NCBI GenBank assembly: GCA_964016885.1
Contig: OZ024742.1
Coordinates: forward strand, 350,300,001 to 350,364,000
Source: Eledone cirrhosa
Taxonomy: Eukaryota
Length of the DNA: 64,000 nt
Direction of reading: 5' to 3'
Within the stretch, counting starts at the first letter, position 1. Each line of letters starts with the position of its first letter. Below the pieces are notes generated by a model. That model was given only the letters and a program-made list of their open reading frames with translations. It was not told the origin of the DNA and searched no databases. Positions 31,571-45,144 of this stretch are shown in pieces. A program made the position numbers and the translations under genes.

Positions 31571-31931
31571 CCCAATAAATTCAGTAACCTTTGCCTTCTT
31601 GAATCCCATACTATTACTTTCTCTAAATTAAATTTATTAAATATGAAATCTGAGATTTTTTCCACTTGGCCACATATCAATCACCATTCTTTTTACTACT
31701 TTAAACCTAGTTATTAATTCATACCAATGTAGATTTATCTATATATGTATTTTTTAGTAATATTAGTATCATTATATGCTTATAACATCCCTTTTCTGAT
31801 CTTTCTATTTTGATTACAAATTATTATCACCATTCCATCACATTTAGCCATCTAATTAGTTTATTACATTTATATTATTATCTTTAATAAGCCCAACTTC
31901 ATCTGATTTTAATTTTACTAATATTATTTTA

Positions 31932-32302
31932 TAGTGGTTTGGCAGTATCGGTAAGCGGCAGACACCATGCTTTTCAGCATAGTTATGGCCCTTTGCGTTT
32001 AGAGTTCAAATCCGCCGAGGTTAACTTTGCCTTTCATCCTTACGAGGTCGATAAAATAAAGTACCAGTGATGCACTGGGGTAATCGCTTGCCTTGTACCA
32101 AAAGTAGAAACTAAGGCGGTGAATTGGCAGTATCGGTAGAGGGTCGGACGCCATGCTTTCGAGCATAGTTACGTCCCTTTACGGTCTGAGTTCAAATCCC
32201 ATCGAGGTTAACTTTGCCTTTCATCCTTACGGAGTCGATAAAATAAAGTACTAATAATGTACTGGGTAATTGCTGGCCTTGTGCCAAAAGTAGAAACAAT
32301 TA
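31932..32302 (+). mobile_element. Two tandem tRNA-derived SINEs
   Basis: A-box-like TGGCAGTATCGG, B-box GTTCAAATCC, GCCTTTCATCCTTACG..GTCGATAAAATAAAGTAC body, AAAAGTAGAAAC end. Confidence 0.9.
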
Positions 32303-33014
32303 TATAAGCCATTACCTCTATCTCGGTTTTTTCCACCTTCAGTTTTACATAATTTATTAAATTATTAATTAATTAGTATTAAGTTGTTATTTCTTTTAAC
32401 ATTCCATATTATTAAGAATATGTATAAATAAATTTTAAAAACATTTTTTGCATAAATATTTGATAATTTTTAAAAATAATATTCAGCATTTTACAATACG
32501 TTGATAAATTATTTTATTAGTATTTGGTAATATATTATTCCAAAATTATTATCAATAATTTTAAAAATAATTCTTTAGTTCTGTAATCATTAGCCCTAAT
32601 ACATATTTTTGTTATTACCCCTTAACTTACTAAATAAACATTTAATAACACCGTGTAACAAAAAAAAATGTTTCTCTGTTCCTGGCTTGTAATCACTTTT
32701 TTTGTGTTGCTTAGGTCCCAAATAAATTAAAAAAAGTGCGATTAAACAGTTAAAAGTTTAGGTTTGTAAAAATTCTAAGCTATTCACTAGAATTATTTGT
32801 ATGCTGGATTTTACGTTGTATGTAAGTTTAATTTGCTTATGTTAAATGATTTTTTTAAATATGTTTCAGGTTAAATTAAAATTATAAAATAAAGAGTAAT
32901 ACCTAAAGAAAATTATAAAAGTGCAATAAAGTATAAAATTGTTAAAATGTGGATTAAAGAGATTTATTGATACTGGATTTTCGCACCCTGAATAAAGGGT
33001 AAGTTGTGTTTTAA

Positions 33015-33865
33015 GCATTCGTCTCCAGGATGAAGCAGTGGAACTTGGTCAAGGAGGAAGTGCAGGTGACAAGTCAGAGAAGTTGACACGAACCTTTCTC
33101 AGGCTTTTACACTCTTAGGGAGGGCCTCTGCTTCTGCCATGACGTGCCTGGACTGTTTGACGTTATCGTGGTGTCGTTTGTGCCCAAGGAGTGGCGGCTA
33201 TTTATAGACAGCTCCACCACAAGTTTAAAGGCTGTCTTCCACCACAATGGAAACAAGTTCCGACACTGACCCTAGCTCATTCAGTCTGCCTGAAGGTAGA
33301 TTACTACAGTATGAAAGTCCTCTTGGAAGCTCTGTAATACAACCAGTACAATTGGGAAATCATTGGAGACTTCAAGATGGTGGCTTTCCTGCATGGACTC
33401 CAAGGAGGCTTTATCAAATTCCAATGCTTCCTCTACCTTTGGGACAGCAGAGCCACATCTGACCACTACAAAAGAAAGAACTGGGAGCAGCAAAAAGAAT
33501 TTGTAGTTGGGACCCGGAACGTCATGTGGGTGCCACTGGTTGATCCGAGGATTGTGCTCATGCCGCCACTGCACATTAAGTTGGGGTTGATGAAGCAGTT
33601 TGTGAAGGCTCTCAACGAAGAATTAGCCGCTTTTAAGTACCTTCTTGAGTTCTTCCCCAAGTTATCTGAGGCCAAAATCAAAGGTGGAATTTTTGTTGGA
33701 CCTCAGATAAAGAAGGTGTTTGAGTCTACCGAATTCTCCAATAAGCTCAATAGGAATGAGAGAACAGCATGGAACTGTTTCAAGGCAGTTGTTAAGGGCT
33801 TCCTGGGTAACTACAGAGCTGAAAATTACCAGCAACTGGTGCAGGATCTGATAAAGGCTTTTGAC
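33015..33865 (+). pseudogene. Chapaev3-like (CMC) DNA transposase fragment
   Basis: EWRLFIDSS..SLKAV.HHNGN, CFLYLWDSRA, PPLHIKLGLMKQFVKAL, FPKLSEAKIKGGIFVGPQI and FLGNYRAENY; truncated, no TIRs seen. Confidence 0.8.
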
Positions 33866-34127
33866 GCCATTATAGTTTGTAACTCTCCGTTAAAAAATAT
33901 TTATGAATTATCTCCCTTTCATTCTTATTTTTACGTTAACCGTTATTTTGAAAAATTAAAAAACTTTATGTTAAGATGGAATTATTTATACTTAATATAA
34001 CTTTCTCCATCCTATTCATATATGTGGTACCTTTCTCTGATGATAGCAACTACTATATATTGGATCTTAATTTTGCTGGTAAATTCCTCCATATTAATCC
34101 CTTCGATTGGTTTGATTAATTATTAAT

Positions 34128-34246
34128 AATTGTTTCTACTTTTGACACGAGGCCAGCAATTATCCAGTGCATTACTGGTACATTATTTTATCGAACCTGA
34201 AATGATGAAAGGCAAAGTTAACCTCAGTGGGATTTGAACTCAGAAA
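34128..34246 (-). mobile_element. SINE fragment
   Basis: Tail and body match the intact copies. Confidence 0.8.
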
Positions 34247-34718
34247 TAACAAGATTTTAATGTTTACTTTACAGACTACACCCAGCTGATATTATTACAT
34301 TGGAAGTATAATACATTTTCTATATACTTATGAATGAAAGATGTAATAGAACATTCTATTAAAATTATGTTTACAAGATGTATTTTTACATTCTTAAATT
34401 TATATTTGATATGCACCTGCTTTTATAGACTTGTGTAATGCTTATGCTATATGTTAATTTATTATTATATTATATGCCTTGCATTATGCTTAACTTCCTT
34501 ATAGCAGCATATTTCTCTATACCAGCATGTTTTTAAGAATTTCAATACTTTTAGCTGCTCTTATTTACATTTATATGCTCATATTTTCCATATGCTTCTT
34601 CTATCTTTGCTTTCTTCTCTTATATGCATGTTGATATTTATTATTTATGCTTTCTTCCCATATTGTGTATCATCAAAATGTTCTTTGACAAGTTTATCTG
34701 TGTTTTAACTTTGGATTT

Positions 34719-34759
34719 ATACTCCGATGGTCCATATGCTTGGATGAAACGATGGTTAG

Positions 34760-34762
<3 letters not shown>
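34719..34762 (+). ncRNA. Degenerate hammerhead motif at a probable PLE 3' end
   Basis: ATACT-CCGATGG-TCCA tatgct TGGAt-GAAA-cgatgg-TT-AGTAT; stems present, two core mismatches against CUGANGA. Confidence 0.45.
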
Positions 34763-34809
<47 letters not shown>

Positions 34810-34834
34810 CCTCTCTCTCTCTCTCTATCTCTCT

Positions 34835-34904
<70 letters not shown>

Positions 34905-35026
34905 TCATTCGAAACACTAGTGATCGACAGAAGAGAGCCGATGAGCGGGAATTGTCCTTGTGTCTTCCCTGTTTTCACCCAGGCTTTTCAAATAATATTT
35001 ATTGGTAACCACACAACCTCTCTCTC

Positions 35027-35088
<62 letters not shown>

Positions 35089-35361
35089 ATAATAATAAAT
35101 TTGAAGACTAAAATCCAAAGAGGGTTCGATAAGGACAAATATATATCAGATATATAAGAACGGTAGAGAAATTATTTATTAAAATAACAGATTAAAGTTT
35201 AAGCAAAGAATCGCTGCTTTCACCCTTAACGGGATCTTCTGAAACTCAAAAAGTCAATCTGTGAACGCAGAAGTAAATATTTCGAAAAACGTTGCAACCG
35301 AACGAAGACAGGAAGACGATACTTTGGTTCCCTGGCAAAGAACGGGAAAAAACGAATATAA

Positions 35362-36202
35362 TCTATATATATAAAACTGTGGTTGTCTGTCTGTCTATCG
35401 ATTTTTGGCACACATCTCCTCTTAGAATCTCTCACGGAATTGCACCGAAATTGCTATACTTGTATATTGAGCCCTAGCGAAGACATCGGAAAAAAAAATA
35501 TTTCAAATTCACCCACCCTATGTGACGAAATCGAATATAATGTATCGATTTTTGAGCGTAAGTTATCAGTTATTTCCCTTTGTTCTGTTTACATTGAGCG
35601 TCTTACGTAAAAAATTACGCTGGCTTTAACAGTTGTCGAGCCAGCAAAATATTGACCTGCAAAATTCATCAGTTCGAACACTTAGCTTCCGTTTTGCTTC
35701 ATTTCCATTTAAAAGCATTTTAAAACAATATTTTTACTTGAAAACAAGTCTATTTAAAGACTCCGTAAAACAAGCAAATATTTCGTCGTTAGGCGTGCAG
35801 ACAGACAGTCGTGCAGACAGACAGTCGTGCAGAGAGGTGATATAGGCGTGCAGACAGACAGTCGTGCAGAGAGGTGATATAGGCGTGCAGACAGACATAA
35901 CTGATAATTTGGTTATGCTAATGTTTTTCTCTGCGTTGCAGTGTTTACATTTTCGATCTTTGTTAATAAATAACCAGTGCAGTTTCTATCCCCAGCATCC
36001 TCTTTTGTTATAACATTCGGGTTATCGTTATGTTTTCTTAACTTCATAAGGCATATTGTTGGTTGAGGGAATATTAATCAAAAACACCACATGCAAGTCT
36101 GCACAGTAGACACTACAGTTTTTAAGCCAAGAAAGAAACTTAACATTGTAACTTTAACACAGCTACTGAGCGACCCCGAGCAACGCCGGGCTTTACTGCT
36201 AG
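35362..36202 (+). mobile_element. 841-bp non-autonomous Helitron
   Basis: A|TC start, CCCGAGCAACGCCGGG hairpin, CTAG|T end, no TSD; the empty site is visible at 61181-61195 and 63027-63041. Confidence 0.9.
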
Positions 36203-36334
36203 TACGTCATTATTTGGAGCGGGGAAAAACAATTACACGCAAAGACAAAACAACGTTTATGGTATAAATGAAGTCGTAGACTAATACTCTATTTGGGAAA
36301 CCGAATGATTCTCGGCTTCTGAGTTAAGAATAAT

Positions 36335-36517
36335 TGTTTCTACTTTTGGCACAAGGCCAGCAATTACCCAGTGCATTACTGGTACTTTATTTTATCGATC
36401 CCGTAAGGATGAAAGGCAAAGTTAATCTCGGCGGGATTTGAACTCAGAATGGCAAGGACCGTAACTCTATGCGTCAAAGCATGGCGTCCGACCCTCTACC
36501 AATACTGCCAATCCACT
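36335..36517 (-). mobile_element. Young SINE with 12-bp TSD
   Basis: GTTAAGAATAAT at 36323-36334 and 36518-36529 flanks a near-full copy. Confidence 0.9.
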
Positions 36518-36703
36518 GTTAAGAATAATGTAAATAAATTACAGAAGTTATTGAAATCAACAATAATTAAATATATATATGCACGCCTCCATATACGTAC
36601 ATACACATGCATACGCGAAAACAGCCGCCATTGGTATGCAAATACAGGCACGTACACAAAAACACGCGCACACATACACAAACCCACGCAACGCCTGTAC
36701 CCG

Positions 36704-36798
<95 letters not shown>

Positions 36799-36948
36799 GT
36801 TTGCAGTTGACGTGCCGAGAGAAGAGAGAACTTGATACCGCCGAAATTAAGTTTAAATATTCATCTTACTAAGTCTAAATAGGGAGGCTTACTACCCCAG
36901 AGAGTGAAAAGGCTAACTATTTCACGTTAATAATATGAAAACACACAA

Positions 36949-37077
<129 letters not shown>

Positions 37078-37284
37078 CAGACAATCATAAAGCTGCTACA
37101 TCATTAATTCAATATCTTGGAGTTTAGTCCTTAAGGGGACTTATCAAATAGTTTACCAAGCTTTAAAACAACGCCACCCACCACAATTGGCTGATATTTG
37201 TCAGGTTATTATAATTCAAATCTAGTTTATACGGGTGCTATCAAAACCCTCTCGTAGAAAAAAACAACAACTCTTCAGACATAT

Positions 37285-37485
37285 ATTATTTGGTCACAAA
37301 GCCAGACATTTTTGATAGAGGGTATAGCCGATTAAATCATCCCGGTACCTTATTGTATCAACCCCGTAAGGATGAAAGGCAAAGTTGACCTCTGCGGGAT
37401 TTGAACTCAGAACGTAAACAGTAGTAACTAAATGAGGCAAAGCATTCTGCCCGAGGCTCTAATGATTCCGCTAACCCAATACCCC
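37285..37485 (-). mobile_element. tRNA-derived SINE
   Basis: ccccgtaaggatgaaaggcaaagttgacc...gatttgaactc. Confidence 0.8.
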
Positions 37486-38369
37486 TCCACCTATCTCATC
37501 CTCCCCAACAAAACACCTTAATAATGAAACCGTTGAAATACAACAAAGAGAATCGTTTATAGCTTAGAATCGGCTATTGTGGCGCAGGAAGGCCCAGATT
37601 ATGACGGATCGATCTATTTATCTATCTACATATCTATCTACATTTGCGGTATGTCATACAAATAGCGTTATGGCGAATGGAGTAATAACTATGGATGACT
37701 TGCAACAGTAAAAAATACTACCTAACTATTTATCTAAATACTCTGCTATATATAAGTATATATATTTATCTCCCGCCTTATCCATCCATACATCCTTCAT
37801 CTGTTTCACTATAAATGTATCTCGCAGTATACCAATCATTGTCCTTGATGAGAAGTAGCTAGAACCAGAGAAAAATACATATTTTTGCTATTGATATAAG
37901 ATGTGTTCTCAATATATAAAAGTACACAACATAATTTAGATAGTATATATATAGTACACAACATAATTTACATGGTATATACCACCGTTTAAATAAGAAA
38001 TATATCATAATTCAAATATTGGGTATCATAATTTAAATAAGTAAATGCTATATTATATAACTAAACTGTGGATCTATGAATATATAAATGAGTGAATTTT
38101 AAAATACTGAGTTTCAGGAGATAACCCTTCCATGGAAATATAATTATTCATATAAGGTATGGAAGAGATGTTCCTAGAGACAACCGACATAATATTCCCA
38201 GATCATTAATGAGTCATTAACTATGTGTCTATTCTTTGAAATGACATGTGGAAATGTTGTAATGAATCCTTTGAAGAGGAAAGATAACCTTCAGATGATA
38301 ATTTCAGATAAACGAAAACTATTCTTTTTTTTTACAATTTTTGAAATACACTGAATGACAGATTTGAAA

Positions 38370-38502
38370 ATATGTAGGACCGTTGTAATATATTAATTAC
38401 AACAACAACATATAGTGACAACGGAATGACAGATATATGTAGGACCGTTGTAATATATTAATTACAACAACAACATATAGTGACAACGGAATGACAGATA
38501 TA
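38370..38502. repeat. Perfect 65-bp tandem duplication
   Basis: TATGTAGGACCGTTG...GAATGACAGATA at 38371 and 38436. Confidence 0.9.
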
Positions 38503-38879
38503 ATTGAAAAGAATATTATTATACCAGCTGCAAATGAACGCTTAGAAACTATTCTGAAGAAAGGAATCTGGACCTGTTCTTAATTTTATTCATCTGAGTA
38601 ACAGTAATGCCGTGTTTATGAAACTGCAGGTCTTGAAAAGCTGATGACTTCAAACTTTCTGGGAGATGTTTTTAACAAACTAAATGTATCCACATTTAAT
38701 TATCTTAATATACTCAAGACATCACTTAATTATTGCAGTCTCAGTATACAATGCGTTGTTGATAATTGTCTACAAAATAACTTAAATCATAAACGGTTCA
38801 CTTTCTTTAGAATTATCTCTGAAAGATACGTTTGCTCTTAATACGACAATAGTTGCTTCTCTCACACACATGCAGAAGC

Positions 38880-39400
38880 TATTTATTTATATATTTATTT
38901 ATTATCTATTCAGTTCACACGTCCGTACTGAGCTAGTAAGCCATGGCAGACTAGGGGAAGTGTTGAGTACTCCTTATAGTTGGTAATTAAAAAGAGCTAG
39001 TGAGATAAGTAATATAAAATAAAAAAAGGGGAAAAAAGCAGAACAAAATGAACATTTCCAATATTGAAGGCCAATAGGAGGTCGATTATGGATAAGAAAA
39101 GGAAAGAGTCAGTAGGAGGCGAGGGAAACTGTAAAACATCTAGAAGTTTCTATTGTTGAATAGTTTTGTAGCTCCATGTACTCAAAGATTTTGTGTATAT
39201 TTGGTAGCCCTGATGTCATATATCGAACTTCCAATCTTGGTCGTTTTTTAAAGATTGATTTCAACATGGCCTCTCTATCAGACTGATACTTTCTACAATG
39301 GAACAAATATTGCGAAAGAGTTTTTGTAAAGTCCTCACAAGACCCTTGGTGTTAAACCAGGGGACGTGTTACGTCTAACACCCGGTAGGTGATAGCCTTA
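38880..39400 (-). mobile_element. Degenerate LINE 3' end
   Basis: YLFHCRKYQSDR resembles a LINE C-terminal zinc knuckle; (TAAA)-like tail on the minus strand at 38880-38905. Confidence 0.4.
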
Positions 39401-39777
39401 CTTGAACTCAGAAATTCTTCAGTAGGAAATATTAAAAATGCATATTTTAGCCAACAACAAATAAAAGACAAATATATAAAAAGAGGGTAAAAGCAAATTA
39501 ATGTTAGTAAGAGATAGGAATAGTATGAGAAAGATAGTGAGAATAAGAACCGGAGAAGTGAAAGATATTGATTCATCTGTGGTAGTAACGGATACCAAGT
39601 AATAGCTACATAGAAATAAAAGAGGTTGGAGAACGTAAACATACACGAGGAAAACATTATATGTTTGACCATGTATTTAAATCTATCTGTCACTCGGAAG
39701 AATATATGTCACTTTTTGAAGGCTGATGTTGTTTAACCCCAGGTCAGATGCTGTATTATTTGTTATTTGCAGACGGT

Positions 39778-39835
<58 letters not shown>

Positions 39836-40439
39836 GAGAGAGAGAGAGAGAGAGAAATAAATAGAGAGAGACAGAGAGGGAGAGAGAGAGACGTGTATGT
39901 ATTGTGAGTAATTCTGTCTACCCGTATCTAAATAACTAATAAGTCTGCTCGGTTATATTTGACCTGGGGCTAAACAAACTCAAACATCAACACGTGACAT
40001 ATATATTTCTATAACTGCAGGAAGTAGATTTAAATACAAAAGTCAAGGTAGGTTTAAAAACTTGACTTGCTGTGAGGTACCATTGGTTATATTTCCTTTA
40101 TGCATCAACATTTTCTGTTTTACACTTTATATAATTTTGCAAAATACTCTTATAGATGGAAAAAACGGGGCCAGCAGCTGGCACAGAGAATCTAACGGCG
40201 TACCTCTCAAGCGCTCAGTAACATTGAGCTAAATGATCCAGAATTAGAAAGGCACTAAGTTCGATTCTCTATAGGTGTACTTTAACCAATATATTTCTAT
40301 AAAATTTATATCTAAATTGGTATGTCTATTAAGTAGAACCTAATAATTGTTTAATATAGCTGAGGATAGAATACTAATTATTCTAGCTTCTTAGGTAGGC
40401 TTATAGGGAGAACCAAACGTTAACCAGGAGATCATCAGG

Positions 40440-40690
40440 TCGGTGCTTATCTCGGTCTCCATGGCGTGAAGCAACTGACATTACAAGACATCCCCTGGAC
40501 AGAACACCAGTCCATCGCAGGGTTAAACCGCCAGCTATTGCTGGTACTTATTTTCAGTTAAATATATGAGAGCAACTTGAAAATGAAGTTTCTGCTTACA
40601 ACCATAACACACACCCCAGTACAGGAATCGAACCTATGACATTATGATCGTAAGCTCAACACCCTTACCACTTGACTACGCACCTTCATC
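40440..40690 (-). mobile_element. Second-family tRNA-derived SINE
   Basis: ggaatcgaacc (B-box complement) with a tRNA-like head at the right end. Confidence 0.65.
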
Positions 40691-40751
40691 CAGGAAGCAG
40701 TTGTGATGGTTAAACTTTGAACGTCTCTGATTCTGCTCAATCAAGGATCGC

Positions 40752-40998
40752 CTGGATCTAAGTAACAACAAACTAAATACAGAACGAACCAAGTGAGGAC
40801 TTACTGGGCCATTGTACCTGCTAGAAATAGCAACCAAATCTCCCTTGAATCACAACAAATCGTCTTAAGTAAGATAAGGACATAAGACGATTTGTTGTGA
40901 TTCAAGGGAGATTTGGTTGCTATTTCTAGCAGGTACAATGGCCCAGTAAGTCCTCACTTGGTTCGTTCTGTATTTAGTTTGTTGTTACTTAGATCCAG
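40752..40998. repeat. 116-bp inverted repeat with 15-bp spacer
   Basis: Arms 40752-40867 and 40883-40998 read as exact reverse complements. Confidence 0.92.
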
Positions 40999-41341
40999 AT
41001 TCCTGCAAAGACGGGATGGTGTCGATGGGAATGTCTTTGATCATAGATAAGATTGACAGGAAATATTTTCACTACTTGTCACATGACCAGGTTTTGTAGG
41101 GATACAGCTGGACTGATTCACCAGACTCTGTTATGCATTAAAACAAATAAATAAATAATAAAGAAACAATAAACAACATTTTGTTGGTATTTAGGTAATT
41201 CCCTCCGAGGAATGGAGGTTATAGTCATCCACCAGAAAGCATTTGGATTCATTATATATATATATCCTTACGGGGTCAATTAAATAAAGTACCAGTAATA
41301 CACTGAGTTTTTGGTGGCTTTGTGCCAAAAGTAGAAACAAT

Positions 41342-41378
<37 letters not shown>

Positions 41379-41379
41379 A

Positions 41380-41481
<102 letters not shown>

Positions 41482-41512
41482 CATGCATATATATATATAT
41501 ATATACATGCAT

Positions 41513-41568
<56 letters not shown>

Positions 41569-41636
41569 GCATACACACACATATATATATATATATATAT
41601 AATTCTTTCTACTTTATATATATATATATATATATA

Positions 41637-41757
41637 TAACGAAGGAAGTGTGGTAAGGAACCAGATGGACCATAACGCACCAGAGTATTCAATACAGTCC
41701 AGAAATAGCCGCCAAATCGGCTTGAGCTCTGCCGTCAGGGTCAAACATTTTCCTACA
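41637..41757. mobile_element. Family C inverted PLE-terminus element
   Basis: The same tail as 54207 and 54712 joined to the opposite-orientation arm; embedded in (TA)n. Confidence 0.7.
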
Positions 41758-41838
41758 TATATATATATATACATATACATATATATACATATATATATAT
41801 ATACATATACATATATATATATACATATATATATATAC

Positions 41839-41885
<47 letters not shown>

Positions 41886-41938
41886 CATATATATATATAC
41901 ATATATATATACATATATATATATACATATATATACAT

Positions 41939-42003
<65 letters not shown>

Positions 42004-42011
42004 GATATATA

Positions 42012-42058
42012 CAATGATATTAAATAAATGGAAACTTACCATTTATTTAATATCATTG
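42012..42058. repeat. 20-bp-arm hairpin at the edge of a (TA)n-flanked element
   Basis: CAATGATATTAAATAAATGG aaactta CCATTTATTTAATATCATTG; unique tail to ~42320, then (TA)n. Confidence 0.8.
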
Positions 42059-42318
42059 AATATTTACTCCAGTAACATTTTGAGTGCTCTGAATCAGTTA
42101 TAAACATTTATATTTTTCGGACTTCCAACAAATTAAATATCCTTTCTACTTATATATATATATAAGTACGTCAATACTAATCTTTTTCCATTTCTCCGAG
42201 GGTTCTTAACTCCACTATCAGGCTAAATAATTTCTTTAATTGCTTTAGTCAAAATACGGCGATAGCTAACATTTCTAATAGTTTCAAATCAGCTCGCTGT
42301 TTTGAAAATATTCTTACT

Positions 42319-42426
<108 letters not shown>

Positions 42427-43440
42427 TAAAATAAGATGCTGAGGTTACATATATCGTTTAATCATAATAATTATTTCTACGGTTCTCCATGCAATCGAGA
42501 TGTCCTTCATGCATTTGCTGTTGATTATGAGAACGGTATCCTCAGATGAAGATCGATATATTTGAATGTCGCTGGCAGGAGAAACACACATCCTAATGCC
42601 TGTGCGCCCAGAATACATATGAGGTCCTTGAAGGGTTTGCCAGCCGTCGCGTTTGATAGAAAAAGCTATCACCGAATAAAGACGAAAAGAACAAAGAACC
42701 GTGTGTAACCAAAACCCAGCAGACAGATGAAGGAACACAAGGAGCTCTGGGGGCGCGGGGTATATATTTAGTTGACGACCACCTATAGCCAACAACAACA
42801 ACGACAACTACAAAAAACAACAATGACAATAACATCAAACCGCCGACCAAATTCAGCCACAATGATCGCAATAGTCGTGCTGATACCATCACCCTATTGA
42901 CAACAACAACTAAAACAACAGCAACAGTAAAAACACTTACAACGACAACAGCAACAAACGACAACAACAGCAAAAACACAGACCAGCGTCGTGTATACAG
43001 GTGGTAGTCGTGGCAGTGACGGTACCACCCTGTTGACCGTAAACAGCGATAACCTCAAAGCAATAAAATAAGTTTAGAGGTAGGTGGGTACACAGAGTTG
43101 GTGGTATCAATCACCATGACCATAAACAGTAACAACAACAATGACAGCGACAACAACACCAACACCGCTCACCACCCATCCCGTTCGTCGCAGTAGTGGT
43201 GCTATCAACTATGTCAGTATTAAGCCATTGGTCACACCAATAACAACAACAAGACCAGCCATGACCCCACCACGGAGACGGCGGCAACAGGAAAAATTCC
43301 ACTCTTCCATGAAAATTAAACCAACCACAATAGAAGTCCGTTGAAACAAGGAGGTGAAAATGGGATAGAAAACATAGATGGGTATTTATTTATATATATA
43401 AAAAACAAAAATGACATCGACAACAAACACCAACACCAAC

Positions 43441-43472
<32 letters not shown>

Positions 43473-43480
<8 letters not shown>

Positions 43481-43689
43481 AAATGATAACAAGGACGATT
43501 GATTACTCCTTCATTGCATTTATTGGTAGGTGACGCGTGTCACCTACCAATAAATGCAATGAAGGAGTAATCAATCGTCCTTGTTATCCTTTCAATATAT
43601 TACACTCTGTATAGCTCTACACCTCAGAAGTGAACCTAAAGATCGAGTCCTCTCCCGGGTGAACCTGCAGTAACTCCAAGTTACACCCC

Positions 43690-43692
<3 letters not shown>
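43473..43692. mobile_element. Fold-back element F: 62-bp-arm palindrome plus tail
   Basis: Arms 43473-43534 and 43539-43600 with one mismatch, loop GCGT; (TA)n on both sides. Confidence 0.75.
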
Positions 43693-43748
<56 letters not shown>

Positions 43749-43755
<7 letters not shown>

Positions 43756-43906
43756 TTCTACAGGAACAGAACTATTTCATTCATACGAATGAAACATTTC
43801 TAGTCCTGTAGAGGCCATCTCTATATTAAATTCCAATGTTCTTACTCTACCTATGTATTCAATACCTTATTAACTGAGCTTACCCCCGATTTCACTCGGG
43901 ATCTAC
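43749..43906. mobile_element. Family A fold-back element
   Basis: Palindrome centred on ATTC-atac-GAAT; GAAAC..TTCTAGTCCTGTA half-ribozyme; tail like 10000-10075. Confidence 0.75.
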
Positions 43907-44079
43907 ACACACACACAATACACAAACATATACACACACACACACACACTCTCACATACACACACACACTCACACACTCACACACATACACACATACACA
44001 CATACACACACACTCACTCTCTCTCACACGCACATACACACACACTCACACACACACACACACACACACACATTATTGT

Positions 44080-44433
44080 TAGATGGCAGTGTTGGTAGAG
44101 CATTCGACCACATAGTTACGGCCCTTTAAATCCCGCCGACGACCTTAACTTTCATTCTTATCGAGTCGACAATATAAAGAACCAGTAATGCAGTGGAGTC
44201 GATTTAATCGCCCCTCCCCTCAAATATTGTTGGCCTTGTACCCAAATCAGAAACGTGGATTAGCAGTATCGGTAGAGGGTCGGACGCCATGCTTTGTCGC
44301 ATAGAGTTACGGTCCTTGCCATTCTGAGTTCAAATCCCACCGAGGTTAACTTTGCCTTTCATCCTTACGGGGTCGATAAAATAAAGTACCAGTAATGGAC
44401 TGGGTACTTGCTGGCCTTGTACCAAAATCAGAA
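44080..44433 (+). mobile_element. Two tandem SINEs
   Basis: A degenerate copy at 44080-44253 and a near-consensus copy at 44255-44433. Confidence 0.85.
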
Positions 44434-45114
44434 ACCCTTATTTAAGAGGGTGACTTGAAGGAAATTTGGCTGCTATTTCAGGCTGAGATGTTACTTAAAG
44501 ATGACTACTTCAAATGTGGAGGCGTTGATCATATGTTGTTCTTGGTTCCAACGTTTGACTGTCTGCTCTGTTATAGCCATTGGGAATACACGAGGTTCAT
44601 AATATCCTTGTCATACCTACACACACACACACACAAAGGCAGACACACAGAGACACATACACATACACACACACACATTATATATAAGACCGCTTTTACT
44701 AGCGATAGGAAACCATTCTTGGCAGAAGTCGAATGAACAGTATGCTGCTCTTTTACTTATTAGATGGCAATACATATTACAATTAAAAACATAAAACTTT
44801 AAATATACATATCGATAAAATAAACAAATCTTTCCTCAATGGGTAATAAAACGAACATATCTGATACGTTAAACAAAAAAATAAATTTAAATGAAATCTA
44901 AAAACTGAAAAAAAAAAAAAAAAAAATTCCCTACATCTCTTTAAAGTTAAATTTCTAATGTTAGTTTATTTAACTATTTTTTTTCTAAAGATGAGATTTC
45001 GTGATTTACATGAAGAAAAAAATATATAAAATAATTTGAATGTCTAAAAGAATGGTTTTCACTGCGCTGCTAGAAATGCCATGCTTTAAAATAATAAAAG
45101 TTAGACCTACTTAC

Positions 45115-45144
45115 CTCTTTTAACGTAAGTTCCATTGGAATTGA
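45115..45144 (-). other. Candidate 30-nt microexon
   Basis: Minus strand TATTTCTTTCTTCCAG|TCAATTCCAATGGAACTTACGTTAAAAGAG|GTAAGT: consensus acceptor and donor, length divisible by 3. Confidence 0.5.

Larger units (their letters stand above)
35083..36710 (-). mobile_element. PLE 3' region (family B) interrupted by a Helitron and a SINE
   Basis: 35083-35361 and 36203-36322 are colinear with 60900-61270; HHR-like motif at 35196-35246. Confidence 0.8.

Noticed and set aside
32114-32200. tRNA-like A and B boxes
   Set aside because: These are SINE heads continuing into the SINE body; no full cloverleaf is present.
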